Source: Octopus sinensis (taxonomy: Eukaryota). From it: DNA of 20,086 nucleotides. Position numbers and translations under genes: made by a program. Shown piece by piece: positions 1-10,758 of this stretch (the first letter of the stretch is position 1; each line of letters opens with the position of its first letter). The stretch is taken from NCBI RefSeq assembly GCF_006345805.1, contig NW_021824133.1, positions 1-20,086 on the forward strand. The letters are read 5' to 3'. The notes beneath the pieces are model-generated. The model was not told the DNA's origin, did no database searches, and was given only the letters and a program-made list of their open reading frames with translations.

Positions 1-490
1 ATAAGTTGAGTCACTATAAGAACAGATGACGGTAAAATCAGAAATTATACTGGACGTAAAGAACAAACCATTATATGTTGATTCGGCTAATGTATACAGC
101 ATGAGAACCAGAAATAGAACACCACCTCCTTATCAAAATAGATTTGGAAATAGAAAGATAGTTCAGTTGAAAACGTTTCTACTACGTATGTCCGGGATAT
201 GACTCTAGACTGTATCTAATAGTGGCGCCATGGTTCAGGAGTTCCAGAGTTTTGAGAAGAATGGAACCACCTCTTATTCACTATTGTTCAAAGGGTGACA
301 CTAACCCAGAGCAGTAGCACCCGTCAGGGTGCCAGCTATGAGTTAATTAGCATATTAGTTCTTGCCTACCTACGCATTTTAAGACTGTCTCTGAAATCTT
401 CATGATCTAACGGAAGGGAAGGCAGTTGCAGCAAAGCATTACGGAGTGCAGATAACAAGACGAGACTCGTAAGATATCTTGATCATCCAT

Positions 491-556
491 TTAATCCCTT
501 TTTCTGCCCTTGTTTGTCCCTTCTATGTTTAGCCCCTTGTGGGCAATAAAGAAATA
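491..556 (+). mobile_element. 3' fragment of tRNA-derived SINE family B (tail of the first monomer)
   Basis: TTAATCCCTTTTTCTGCCCTTGTTTGTCCCTTCTATGTTTAGCCCCTTGTGGGCAATAAAGAAATA aligns by eye with the reverse complement of about 17116-17181 in this window, with scattered substitutions. Confidence 0.8.
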
Positions 557-884
557 AGAAGACAATATAAGCCACAGTAAACAAAGCGCTGATATTTATT
601 TTTTATAAAAACGATACCAACATCAAACGGGATAGAACGATTTTGGTGCCAATGTGGATTTCCTTGATTTCAGTAAACTTCACGATAGACCAGGACTATT
701 TACTATATTTTCTTGATTTCCACGCAGAGCGAAAACATTTGCCAAAAAACGAGAGCAAAGTAAGTGTCTGGATGGTTCTATTCCCTAATTTTTTCCCTTC
801 ATTCATATCAGTACAGTTTGAAATGTACCACACTGATAGAAAACACAATATCCAGGAGCCAATCATCGGCTGTAGGTGCGTGCA

Positions 885-1254
885 CACACACATATACATA
901 CATGCATACATACATACATACATACATACATACATACATACATACATACATGCATACATACATACATACATACATACATACATACATACATACACTAACA
1001 GATATACGCACTAATACATGTGTGTGTATGAATGTGCGTGGGTATATATATATGTATGTGTATGTATGTATGTGTGTGTGTGTATTAGCGGGTTTTTGCG
1101 TAAATACATATATTTATCCTCGACGACGTGTTGTGTGTTTTTTCCTTTAATTTCTACATATATCTATATGTGTGTATGTGTGCATACATCTATGTGTATG
1201 TATGTATGTGTATGTATGTATATATATATTAAAATATATATATATATATATATC

Positions 1255-1285
<31 letters not shown>

Positions 1286-1635
1286 GTAAGTGGGTGTGAG
1301 TGGGGTGTCTGTCTGTCTGCTTTTCCGTAATTGTATGTATGTATGTATGTATGTATGTATGTATGTATGTATGTATGTATGTATGTATGCGTGCCTGCCT
1401 GTGTGTACAGAAAGAAATTGTAAGAGAGAGAGAGAAAGAAAGAGAGATAGAAACACAGACAGACAGAGAAAGAGTTCTATACGTATATACATACGTACAT
1501 ACGTGCATACATACATACGTACATATATATATACGTGTATATATATCTATATACATAGACACATACATACATACATATACATACATACATACATAAATCG
1601 TATTTTCACTGGCACACACAAACACACACACACAC
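885..1635. repeat. Compound microsatellite block: (TACA)n ~885-993, (TA)n ~1220-1285, (TGTA)n ~1334-1388, (GA)n, (CA)n
   Basis: Tandem 2-4 bp units are directly visible. Confidence 0.95.
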
Positions 1636-1997
1636 ACACACCACACACCACACAATCATAATAAATGCTGCAAAACAAAAAGAAGAAAACCATATCACCA
1701 CCATCAACAAAGACAGCAACAACATCAACATCAACAACTACAACAACAATAAGAGAAACAGCAGCAACAACATCAGCAACAGCAAGGACCAAATTATCAT
1801 CTCGACAACCGAACACCTTTACAAACACGTCATACAAAACCTCCGAACTTTCGCTGTTTCACAAAAACCCCCCGCTTCACATTTGTCTCCTTTCCTTGTT
1901 CATACACCCTTTTCTGTCAGTACCTTCAGGTCGACATTGTACCACGACCCCCTCCCTTTCCTCTTCCCGCCTCCCTCCATTCTTTATCTGATGTTGC

Positions 1998-2123
1998 GGG
2001 TAGTGGTGGTGTTGGTGGTGGTGGTGGTGGTGGTAGTGGTGTGTGCAGGAGGTGGTGATGGCGAACGAAAACCTTCTCCAGTCTAACTGGATATTACATC
2101 TGTGTGTCAGTGCAACATATTAC

Positions 2124-2168
<45 letters not shown>

Positions 2169-2244
2169 CAGCAGCAGCAGTAGTAGTAGTAGTTTTAGTT
2201 GTAGCAGCAGCAGCAGCAGCAGTAGCAGTAGTAGTAGTAGTAGC

Positions 2245-2283
<39 letters not shown>
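1998..2283. repeat. Trinucleotide microsatellites: (GGT)n ~1998-2042 and (TAG)/(CAG)n ~2123-2283
   Basis: Directly visible. They explain the poly-V and poly-S ORFs in the track. Confidence 0.95.
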
Positions 2284-2454
2284 TATTGTTGCTGTTTTTT
2301 TTTAGCCCTGTGTTAAAAGCAGACCAATGATTAAAGACTTTCCTGATATGACCATCCCGTAACTTAACGAGAGTTTAGGACGACTTTATCGAACGCGTCC
2401 TTTCATTTTTTTTCTTTCTCTTTTTGTCTTTTGGTAGCTATTAATCGGGTCGAG

Positions 2455-2990
2455 TGATGATGATGCTGATGATGATGAGGATGGACAATGATGATGCTGA
2501 TGATGACGACGACTACAATGACGATGATGATGGTAACGACAATAGTGATGATGACGACGGTGATGATGATGATGATGATGGTAACGACGACGACGACGAC
2601 GTTGATGACGTTGATGGTGTCAACGACGATGGTGATGATGATGATAATGACGATGATGATGATGATGAGGATGACGATGATGATGATGACGACGATGACG
2701 ATGATGATGGTAACGGCGACGATGGTGATGCTGACGACGATGACGATGATGATGGTAACGGCGACAATGGTGATGATGACGACGATGATGATGATGATGA
2801 TGACGATGATGATGACGATGACGATGATGATGACGATGACGACGACGATGATGATGACGACGATGATGATTATGATGACGACGACGATGATGATGACGAC
2901 GATGATAATTATGATGACGACGACGATGATGATGACGACGACGACGACGATGATGATGATGACGATGATGATGATGATGGCGACGACGAC
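2455..2990. repeat. Degenerate (GAT/GAC)n trinucleotide tract of about 540 bp
   Basis: Directly visible. It reads as poly-Asp in one frame (see findings). Confidence 0.95.
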
Positions 2991-3317
2991 GAAATCGACC
3001 ATGTTGCCGACGGCAGTAGTGAACGAACGACGATGTTGATTGAAAAGATAAAGGTAAGTCAGTGAGTTAGTGAGTGAACAAGAGAGTGAACGAATAACAG
3101 TGCCAATGAGAGAGAGAGAGGGGGTGAGAGAGGGAGAGAGAGACAGACAGGGGGAAAGCGAGAGATAGACGCAGAGCGGGAGATGGGTAGGGAGAGATGG
3201 AGGGTAACGGCGACCGGCGGCACAAGCTTGAGGGTCTCGGTGTTTGATTGAATGTCATGTCATGCCATGGACCTTCGTTGTGTTAAGTTGGAGAATGACT
3301 TCTGTTGAACACAAAGA

Positions 3318-3372
<55 letters not shown>

Positions 3373-3475
3373 ATATAAATACACATAAACATACATATAC
3401 ATATATATTTACATACATGTCCTAACATGCATATATATGCTTTGCATATTTGCGTGTATATATATATATACATAC

Positions 3476-3520
<45 letters not shown>

Positions 3521-3724
3521 ACATATATATATACATATAAGTATATATATATACATATATGTATATATGTATATATATATGTATATAATAAACATATAAT
3601 ATATATACACATATATATGAATATATGTATGTATATACATATATGTATATACTAAACATATAGATATATATACACACACATATATATGAATATATGTATG
3701 TATATATACATACATACATTACAT

Positions 3725-3770
<46 letters not shown>

Positions 3771-3775
3771 ATATA

Positions 3776-3826
<51 letters not shown>

Positions 3827-3865
3827 ATATATATGTTATATATATTTATACATACACACACACAC
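3318..3865. repeat. (CA)n/(TA)n-rich microsatellite block
   Basis: Directly visible. Confidence 0.95.
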
Positions 3866-4234
3866 GTATTATCACAATTACAAATGTAGCAACAATAGCA
3901 GCGAAGATACAATTAACCAAACAAATTCATAACTATGAAAACAAACAACAAATACAACACAAGCACAAAAGGAAAGGAAAAACTAAAAAACACAAAAATA
4001 AAGACAAAAAAGAAAAACAAACATAAAATCGCGAACGTCATCATTTTCCTGCCATAATATGCTCGTTCGTTTCATTGAAACGGGCGCCATTTTGCTTACG
4101 TTTTTGCCGTCGGTCTTTTTGTTGGGTTTTCATATTTTTGTGCTTTTATTTTTCGTAAATCATTCTTCTGTTTTCTTCTTGCGTTTTTTTTTGTCATTTA
4201 TTCCTATATATTATTTTGGGTCTTGTGCGAGTCT

Positions 4235-4270
4235 ACACACACACACACACAAACTAACACACACACGTGT

Positions 4271-4322
<52 letters not shown>

Positions 4323-4569
4323 TATATATATATACAGATGTATACATATACATATAGACCCGGTTATTTGTCACTAAACTTACAATCCTTTATATAGCAA
4401 TAGTAATTGCGCACATATACATACACACCCATTTATATATACACACACAGACACACACGCGTGTACACACAGACGCACACGCGTGCACACACATACACAA
4501 ATACATACAACATACACACACACACATATGTATATATATATTGTGTGTATGTGTGATTCAGCAAACGTT

Positions 4570-4622
<53 letters not shown>

Positions 4623-4660
4623 ATAGATAGATAGATAGATAGATAGATAGAGAGTGAGAC
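4235..4660. repeat. (CA)n, (TA)n and (GATA)n (~4570-4650) microsatellites
   Basis: Directly visible. Confidence 0.9.
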
Positions 4661-5210
4661 AGAGAGAAAGATGGAAAGAGGGAGAAAGGAAGATGGCGGA
4701 TATATGCGGACATACAGGCAGTCAGTGATTTATTATTGCCGCTTCTGAACAAAGAAGCAGCGATAAACGGTCTTCCGTTGATTATAATAGCTCTTGTTTT
4801 TATTATTGTCATTTAGCCTCGAGGGAACCTTGATCGAGTAAAACTACGATTGAGGGCATTCCAGTTACGACCAACCCGTCTCTTTATGCTATAATTGTCA
4901 AATAATTTTCATATTTAATTTAATGCATTTCTTTTTTCTTTTATCTGAAGGTGGGTGATATGGTTTCCAGCACCTCAAACGACTACCGAGTGCATTGTTT
5001 CTCAACTATTTTTTTAAAGTATGGACTCCTTTGATTACAATTTTACTCTGGTGCACTCTCATAGCCATTCAACGTTTAAAAACTAGTTATATAGATATTT
5101 ATTTAAAAATTCCTATTTTGTTTTTCACAATTCACTTGATTGGATATGCAATAGTACTCTCTGAAAGAACATGTTTCAGGGGCCAGAAACATGTTAAACT
5201 ATGTAAAATA

Positions 5211-5776
5211 TTGGGTTCTCCGGAAAGTTCGTGCCGATTTTTAAAGGGAAGAAAGAGGTCAATACACACTTGCCATTACATTTTTAATCAACCAAATATG
5301 AACCATTTTGTTGCACAATGCGTCTCCATGTTTCCTTCAACTCGAAAATACCCTCTTCCCAGAATTAAGGTGGTTTCATGGCAAAGAATTCATCGAGGTA
5401 TCTTTTTACGTCATCTAAGGAATTGAAATTTTTACCATTAAGACTATTCTGCAGAGACCTGAATAAGTGGAAATCCGAAGGAGTAATATCTGATCAATAT
5501 GCAGGGTGGGGTAACACATCCCAGCCGAGCTGCAGCAATTTTTGTCTGGTTCCCAAAGCATCAAGTGCCGAAAATGAACTTTCTTATCTTCCATTTTAAA
5601 GGGTTACAGGATTAACACAGGTTATAGGAATATAAACCTTCCTCCACGAAAAGATAGCTTAAACTGTACTCTAAATGGAGGTGTAGTCAAATTCTATTTT
5701 ATGGACTCAACCATGTTCTAAAATAACTCGAAAGGTAAGCTACTATAAATCGGCACGAACTTTCCGGACAACCCAA
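5211..5776 (-). mobile_element. Internally deleted mariner transposon (566 bp) with both TIRs and TA TSD
   Basis: TIRs are TTGGGTTCTCCGGAAAGTTCGTGCCGATTT (5211-5240) and AAATCGGCACGAACTTTCCGGACAACCCAA (5747-5776), 29/30 complementary. TA lies at 5209-5210 and 5777-5778. The TIR resembles mellifera-subfamily TTGGGTTG... ends (from memory). Confidence 0.95.
5284..5594 (-). pseudogene. Mariner transposase remnant: N-terminal 14 codons fused out of frame to the C-terminal 90 codons
   Basis: The minus strand from the ATG at 5594 reads MEDKKVHFRHLMLW. A shifted frame at 5556-5284 reads LGTRQKLLQLGWDVLPHPAY*SDITPSDFHLFRSLQNSLNGKNFNSLDDVKRYLDEFFAMKPP*FWEEGIFELKETWRRIVQQNGSYLVD*. This matches the mariner C-terminus (degenerate LPHPPYSPDLAPSD motif) and carries two in-frame stops. 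Confidence 0.93.
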
Positions 5777-5997
5777 TATTAGAGAAAGAATATGTTTCTT
5801 GCAATAAATACATTTAAAGCAAATTTTGTTTTCAAAAATAAAGAAGAAAGAGAAAAGAAAAAGGATCTCCAGTTTATTTTGCTTGCGTAAACTCACCAAA
5901 ATCTTATATAGACCCCTCCAAGGTTCATATGAACCCAAGTTGAGAACCACTGACCAAGCGGATCGTTCGTTGGCTCGCATAATATATATACTATACG

Positions 5998-7001
5998 AGT
6001 CATCCCACACAATACCGTTACTTTGGGTCGATTCTGCACTTTTCAAAGATAACAAAAAGATCATTTTCTGTCCAATAGTGGCAAGTTGTGACGGTTCACA
6101 AAGTCATCGATGTGAAATATCACTTCATCAGACCAGAGGATGGTTTTGAAGAGATGGGGCCAATTTTCATTTCAGTCCAGCATAATCTCCCCAAACTCCA
6201 TCCATGCGAATATCGCATGTCTTCAGCAAAGAATGATTGGCAGTGGTGCGGCTTCCAAGCTTGCCATTGAAGTTCCTCCTTTCACACAGTTCGTACTGTG
6301 TGAAAGGAGGCGCAATGGCCCAGTGGTTAGGGCAGCGGACTCGCGGTCATAGGATCGCGGTTTCGATTCCAACCGGGCATTGTGAGTGTTTATTGAGCGA
6401 AAACACCCAAAAGCTCCACGAGGCTCCGGCAGGGGATGGTGGTGATCCCTGCTGTACTCTTTCACCACAACTTTCTCTCACTCTTACTTCCTGTTTCTGT
6501 TGTACCTGTATTTCAAAGGGCCGGCCTTGTCACTCTCTGTGTCACGCTGAATATCCCCGAGAACTACGTTAAGGGTGCACGTGTCTGTGGAGTGCTCAGC
6601 CACTTACACGTTAATTTCACGAGCAGGCTGTTCCGTTGATTCGGATCAACCGGAACCCTCATCGTCGTAACCGACGGAGTGCTTCCGTCCACTGTGTGAA
6701 AGGAGAGCCCGCTTTCCATTGCGGCTAGTCGAATTGACTTTCCTGGGCTACGTGTAAATATTTCTTGAATTGCTTGCACCGTCTACTGGTCGGGGGACTT
6801 AGGAGGGCGACTGCTTTTTCGAGTATCAACTACAGACCTTGTAGCCATGAGTTTTGCGAGACAATTCTAAAATCACACGCCATTTTGAGCATGTATTTCT
6901 CTAATGGTTTTCCACCATCTTTGCACTTAAACATCTGATTCCAAAATTTCGTAACGTGCTGCTAGATTGGCACGCTTCTGTAGGGTGAGATATTAAGCCA
7001 T
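5998..7001 (-). pseudogene. Degenerate Tc1/mariner-superfamily transposase (WSDE...VNRHN type with N-terminal HTH), 3'-truncated and interrupted by a SINE
   Basis: From the ATG at 7001 on minus: MA*YLTLQKRANLAARYEILESDV*VQRWW...KLMATRSVVDTRKSSRPP...VQAIQEIFTRSPGKSIRLAAMESGLSFHTV. After the SINE, in frameshifted pieces: AWKPHHCQ...ENWPHLFKTILWSDEVIFHIDDFVNRHN...NRPKVTVLCGMT. Multiple stops and frameshifts. The element's 5' end probably extends to about 7166. Confidence 0.88.
6310..6690 (+). mobile_element. Apparently full-length tRNA-derived SINE (family C, 381 bp) with a perfect 15-bp TSD
   Basis: A box TGGCCCAGTGG (6316-6326) and B-box-like GGTTTCGATTCC (6359-6370). TSD ACTGTGTGAAAGGAG at 6295-6309 and 6691-6705. 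Removing the insert rejoins the Tc1-like reading SGLSFHTV-RTV. Confidence 0.92.
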
Positions 7002-7221
7002 ATTTGTAGGACCTATCAAATTTCAAGCGAGGTAATCAATCTGGAAAAAATACGATTACAGATTAAATTCTCATACTTCAAAAAACAAGTACAAATAAAT
7101 TAATAAATAAGCTATAAGTATTTTAAAATAGGGAGTTACTTTTCAAACGTCTTTTATGTAACCCCGCATTGTTTTGTCCTGGTCCGTCCCCAACAATTTT
7201 CTGAAGCGAACTGGTATAAAA

Positions 7222-7426
7222 GACAGCGATCTGCCATAATCGTTAGCACGCCGGACAAAATGTTTAGCGACATTTCCTCCATCTTTACGTTTGGGGTTCA
7301 AACTCCACCGACGTCGACTTTGTCTTTTATCCTTTTGGGTCGATAAATTGAGTATCAGTGAAACTCTGGGGTCGATGCAATCGACTAGCCGCTACCCCCC
7401 AAATTTCTATAGTAGAAACGATTATT
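7222..7426 (+). mobile_element. Diverged monomeric tRNA-derived SINE, family B
   Basis: Aligns to the reverse complement of 16951-17346 (GTTAGCACGCCGG...GTTCAAACTCC...GTCGACTTTG...GTCGATAAATT...CTGGGGTCGAT...AGTAGAAA). Confidence 0.85.
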
Positions 7427-7609
7427 AACAGTTGGAGTAGTAGAAAAAGTAGTAGTAATAGTAGCAGTAGTAATGCAGTTTGTGCGCATGCTCAATTACT
7501 GTAAAAAATTGACACTTTCAAATGGTATATCTAATTCAGTACACAGGTTTCCATTCGAAACTCTCGCTGTACATAGGCAAAATATGTGTTGGAGCGAGTG
7601 TGCACATGT

Positions 7610-7622
7610 TTGTGTGTGTGTG

Positions 7623-7665
<43 letters not shown>

Positions 7666-8176
7666 TGTATGTATTGGAAGATGTATTTATATATATATGT
7701 GTGTGTGTGTATGTGTATACAATTAGTTATGTTTAGACTGACATTCAACATACCCTAAAACTATGCAGACATGCATAAATACTTAACAAACCTACATACA
7801 GTTATATACATACATACGTATATACATACATACATATATGTACATATATGTACATATATGTACATATACATATATGTACATATATGTATATATACATATA
7901 CGTACATATATATATATACATATATATATAAATACATATATATATACATTATGTATATATATATGTATATATATAAATACATACACATATATTTATATAT
8001 ACATATATGTACATATATGTATATATATATAAATACATATACATATATGTATATATATTTATATAAAAAATGTATATATATATATATATACGTGCATATG
8101 TATGTAAACATATATATATGTATATTTATATATGTGTGTGTGTATGCATGTAAACATATATATATGTACATACATA

Positions 8177-8207
<31 letters not shown>

Positions 8208-8265
8208 TGTGTGTGTGTGTGTATTAGATAGGTATGTATGTTTGCATGTGTGTATACGTATTTAG
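7610..8265. repeat. (TG)n/(TA)n/(TACA)n microsatellite blocks
   Basis: Directly visible. Confidence 0.93.
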
Positions 8266-8509
8266 ATGTGTATATTGAGAAGCAAACTCTGAAAACACAG
8301 CAAGACTCTGGTCCTTGACAGGTGACAATCACTCTGAGTGTCAAATATGTTGAACAACTGGTTAAACACGTGCATTTATATCTCAGTGTATTTGTTAACC
8401 TGGAAACGACGAAAGCGGAGTGAGGTATGTATGTGTTTGCTGGTGTATAATCTATCTATGTATATATGGTTGCCGACCTATCTGCCGTTTATCTGTATGT
8501 CCGTCAATT

Positions 8510-8534
8510 TCATGTATGTATGTATGTATGTATG

Positions 8535-8565
<31 letters not shown>

Positions 8566-8690
8566 GTATATGTGTATGTGCCTTTGCATGTATCTGTACG
8601 TATATATATATATACATACATATATATATATATATACATGCATACATATATACACCACACACACATATAGATATATGTATATATATATAC

Positions 8691-8734
<44 letters not shown>

Positions 8735-8890
8735 TATGTATATATATATATACATATACATATATATATATATATATATATATGCATACATATATATACA
8801 TATATATATATATATATAGACGACAGATATATATATATATATCTATATATATATATATATATAGATAGATAGATAGATAGATAGAGAGAG

Positions 8891-8966
<76 letters not shown>

Positions 8967-8970
8967 GATA
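8510..8970. repeat. Compound microsatellite: (TGTA)n, then (TA)n, then (GATA)n (~8863-8967)
   Basis: Directly visible. Confidence 0.95.
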
Positions 8971-9466
8971 TACATATATACACATACACGTACAGATATA
9001 TGGACAGATTAAATGCATTTATTTGCTTTGAATTTGCGAAAGTATACCTCTGTGTGTTTGTTGATGCGTGCGTGTGTTTGTTTGTGGGGGCGAGTTGTAA
9101 GATAGATAAATGAATGGATAGATATCGATGGATGGATACATACAGATATACATACATGTGTACACATACGTACACACATAAATACACATAGTTTCATACT
9201 CATATGCACAAAAGCTTATATATGTGTTGTGCATGTATGCATGTCCCTCTATGTATGTAACTTGTTAATTCGCTGCCCATAAGTCAAAAACCAAAGCACA
9301 TCTGAGGAGGCATCGATATTTCTTAATGATAATATTCGCCACGAAACCCATGGTAACGTCATCAGATGTAAGCTTGTATGTCATAACCTGTAACATATTA
9401 CTGAAATTGGCTGTGCGGTAAGTTTGTTTCCCAAAAAACGGAAAATTGAAAGAAGATTGCCATTTA

Positions 9467-10690
9467 CAGAGTGTTCGGGCTATATTTGACAGTATGAAAA
9501 GAAAACACAATATCACGCTCAAAAATAACAGTAGTTTTTGAAAATAAAAAAAAATATCAACCGGATTATGACTGGGAAATAACAGCTTACTCAGAGTAGC
9601 TGCCCTCAGCTTTCACAATGACCTCAAGCTGGCTCTGGAACCTGGCACATGCGTTCTTCATGGTGTCCCTGAGAAGATCTTCCAACAATTCCTTGATCTT
9701 GGCCTTGGTATTGCAGATATAGTGGTTGGTGTCTTTCTCAACATCCCTCCGCACATTGTAGTCCATGGGCTTACAATCAGGGGAATTAGGAGGTTAGATA
9801 TTGGGGCTTGTGAAGTCGTAGAAATTCTCCAATAATTACTTCTAAGACTTTCCAGAGGTATGGCACGGAAATAATTCTTCTGCTATACATATGGCCTTCC
9901 TGCATCAATCCACTGTAGCCATACTTTGACCAGAGTCTCCAGAAGTTTCGCAAAACTATTTGATTTGAGCCTCAGGCTCTGTTCAAAGGTGTGGGGCGAC
10001 ATGACGTCACCCTCACACTTTGGGGGAACTTGCTTTTCATGATACGAAGGACATCATATGGATTGTAGGCACGACACCTGTTCTTCGGAGTGATGTGCAA
10101 CTGGTCCTGGCAGAAGTCTATCTAAAACTGGTCCATTTAAAAAGAACCAACTCACCCCCAGCTCAGCAGGATACTTCAGCTTGTACAGGAACGTTTTTGC
10201 CAACGTCAAGCAGTTCCCATTGGCCGTGGCTGTCAGAATTTGTCCCTTGCATCTCTTGTACGAATGGTATCGAAGGCCCTCATTTAGAACCACTTCATAG
10301 CGGCGACTCCAACATCGATCTCTCGCTAAGACCCGGATTCCCCTCCTCAGATCTTTCATCATTTCGTCCTGAAGTTGTTGGATGAAGTACGTAGTCAGAA
10401 CTCTTATCGTGTCCCTTCCTGTTGGCCACGGCTTCGTAGTCTCCCTTGTAGCTATCCATGTCACGACTTACAGTCATCGCAGAGTATTTTGATACCCGGC
10501 GCAAATCCTCATGATATAGGTAAGTCTTTTCCAATATTTAGATGGCTTTGAGTCCTCCATTTCAGCCGACTTTTTCTCACCTACTACTTTAATCTTTATG
10601 CTCTCCAACACTGCTGACTCTTCACCAAACATCAAGCTATTCCTGAATATAAGGAAACAAAAGATCGTTAAATTTAACACAAACACCTTC
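9467..10690 (-). mobile_element. Near full-length, heavily mutated maT (DD37D)-like Tc1/mariner element; transposase pseudogene at 9587-10560
   Basis: Minus-strand pieces: MEDSKPSKYWKRLTYIMRICAG (ATG at 10560); GDYEAVANRK; EGLRYHSYKRCKGQILT...KLKYPAELGVSWFF; DFCQDQ; IMKSKFPQSV; EGDVMSPHTF; AEELFPCHTSGKS*K*LLENFYDFTSPNI*PPNSPDCKPMDY; ...IVKAEGSYSE* (stop at 9587-9589). There are 37 residues between the second catalytic position (now E) and the terminal D. The left end is TA|CAGAGTGTTCGGGCTATATTTGACAG (9465-9492). The degenerate partner TIR is at about 10665-10690 (about 16/26 matching). Confidence 0.88.
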
Positions 10691-10758
10691 TCTGTTTGTG
10701 TGCACACACGCGTGCATTGGTGTTTGTCTTCATCTACTGCTTGGCAACCAGAGAGGAG

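Larger units (their letters stand above)
4993..5952. mobile_element. Non-autonomous hAT-type DNA transposon (MITE), split by a nested mariner
   Basis: Termini are CATTGTTTCTCAAC (4993-5006) and GTTGAGAACCACTG (5939-5952), a 14-bp TIR with 12/14 identity resembling Charlie/SPIN-type CAGTGGTTCTCAAC ends. Flanking 8-bp TSD-like pair: ACCGAGTG (4985-4992) and ACCAAGCG (5953-5960), 6/8 identical. An 8-bp TSD is characteristic of hAT. About 390 bp remains once the mariner and one TA are removed, with no transposase. Confidence 0.8.

Noticed and set aside
195-350. Resemblance to a common Octopus interspersed repeat, from memory
   Set aside because: It is highly diverged, has no second copy in the window and no TSD or termini, so it cannot be supported without a repeat-library search.
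4085-4699. YY1-like motifs CGCCATTTTG (4085-4094) and AAGATGGCGG (4690-4699) as promoter evidence
   Set aside because: They are isolated 10-mers, and the first also occurs inside the Tc1-like element at about 6878. There is no CpG island or supported first exon, and the ORF from ATG 4693 stops after 11 codons.
2301-4879. Two weakly similar segments (2301-2360 and 4812-4879) sharing TTTAGCC...GACCA(T/A)CCCGT
   Set aside because: Probably old copies of one short repeat, but the identity is too low to define a feature by eye.
4995-5426. 143-aa plus-strand ORF with a hydrophobic N-terminus
   Set aside because: It starts inside the hAT MITE terminus and runs antisense through the mariner TIR and transposase, so it is a chance frame across two transposons.
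6310-6377. tRNA-like heads here and at 12358, 13673, 14369 and 17346 as tRNA genes
   Set aside because: A/B-box-like motifs are present, but I could not fold a complete cloverleaf and each continues into SINE body sequence. One has a TSD and others are multicopy.
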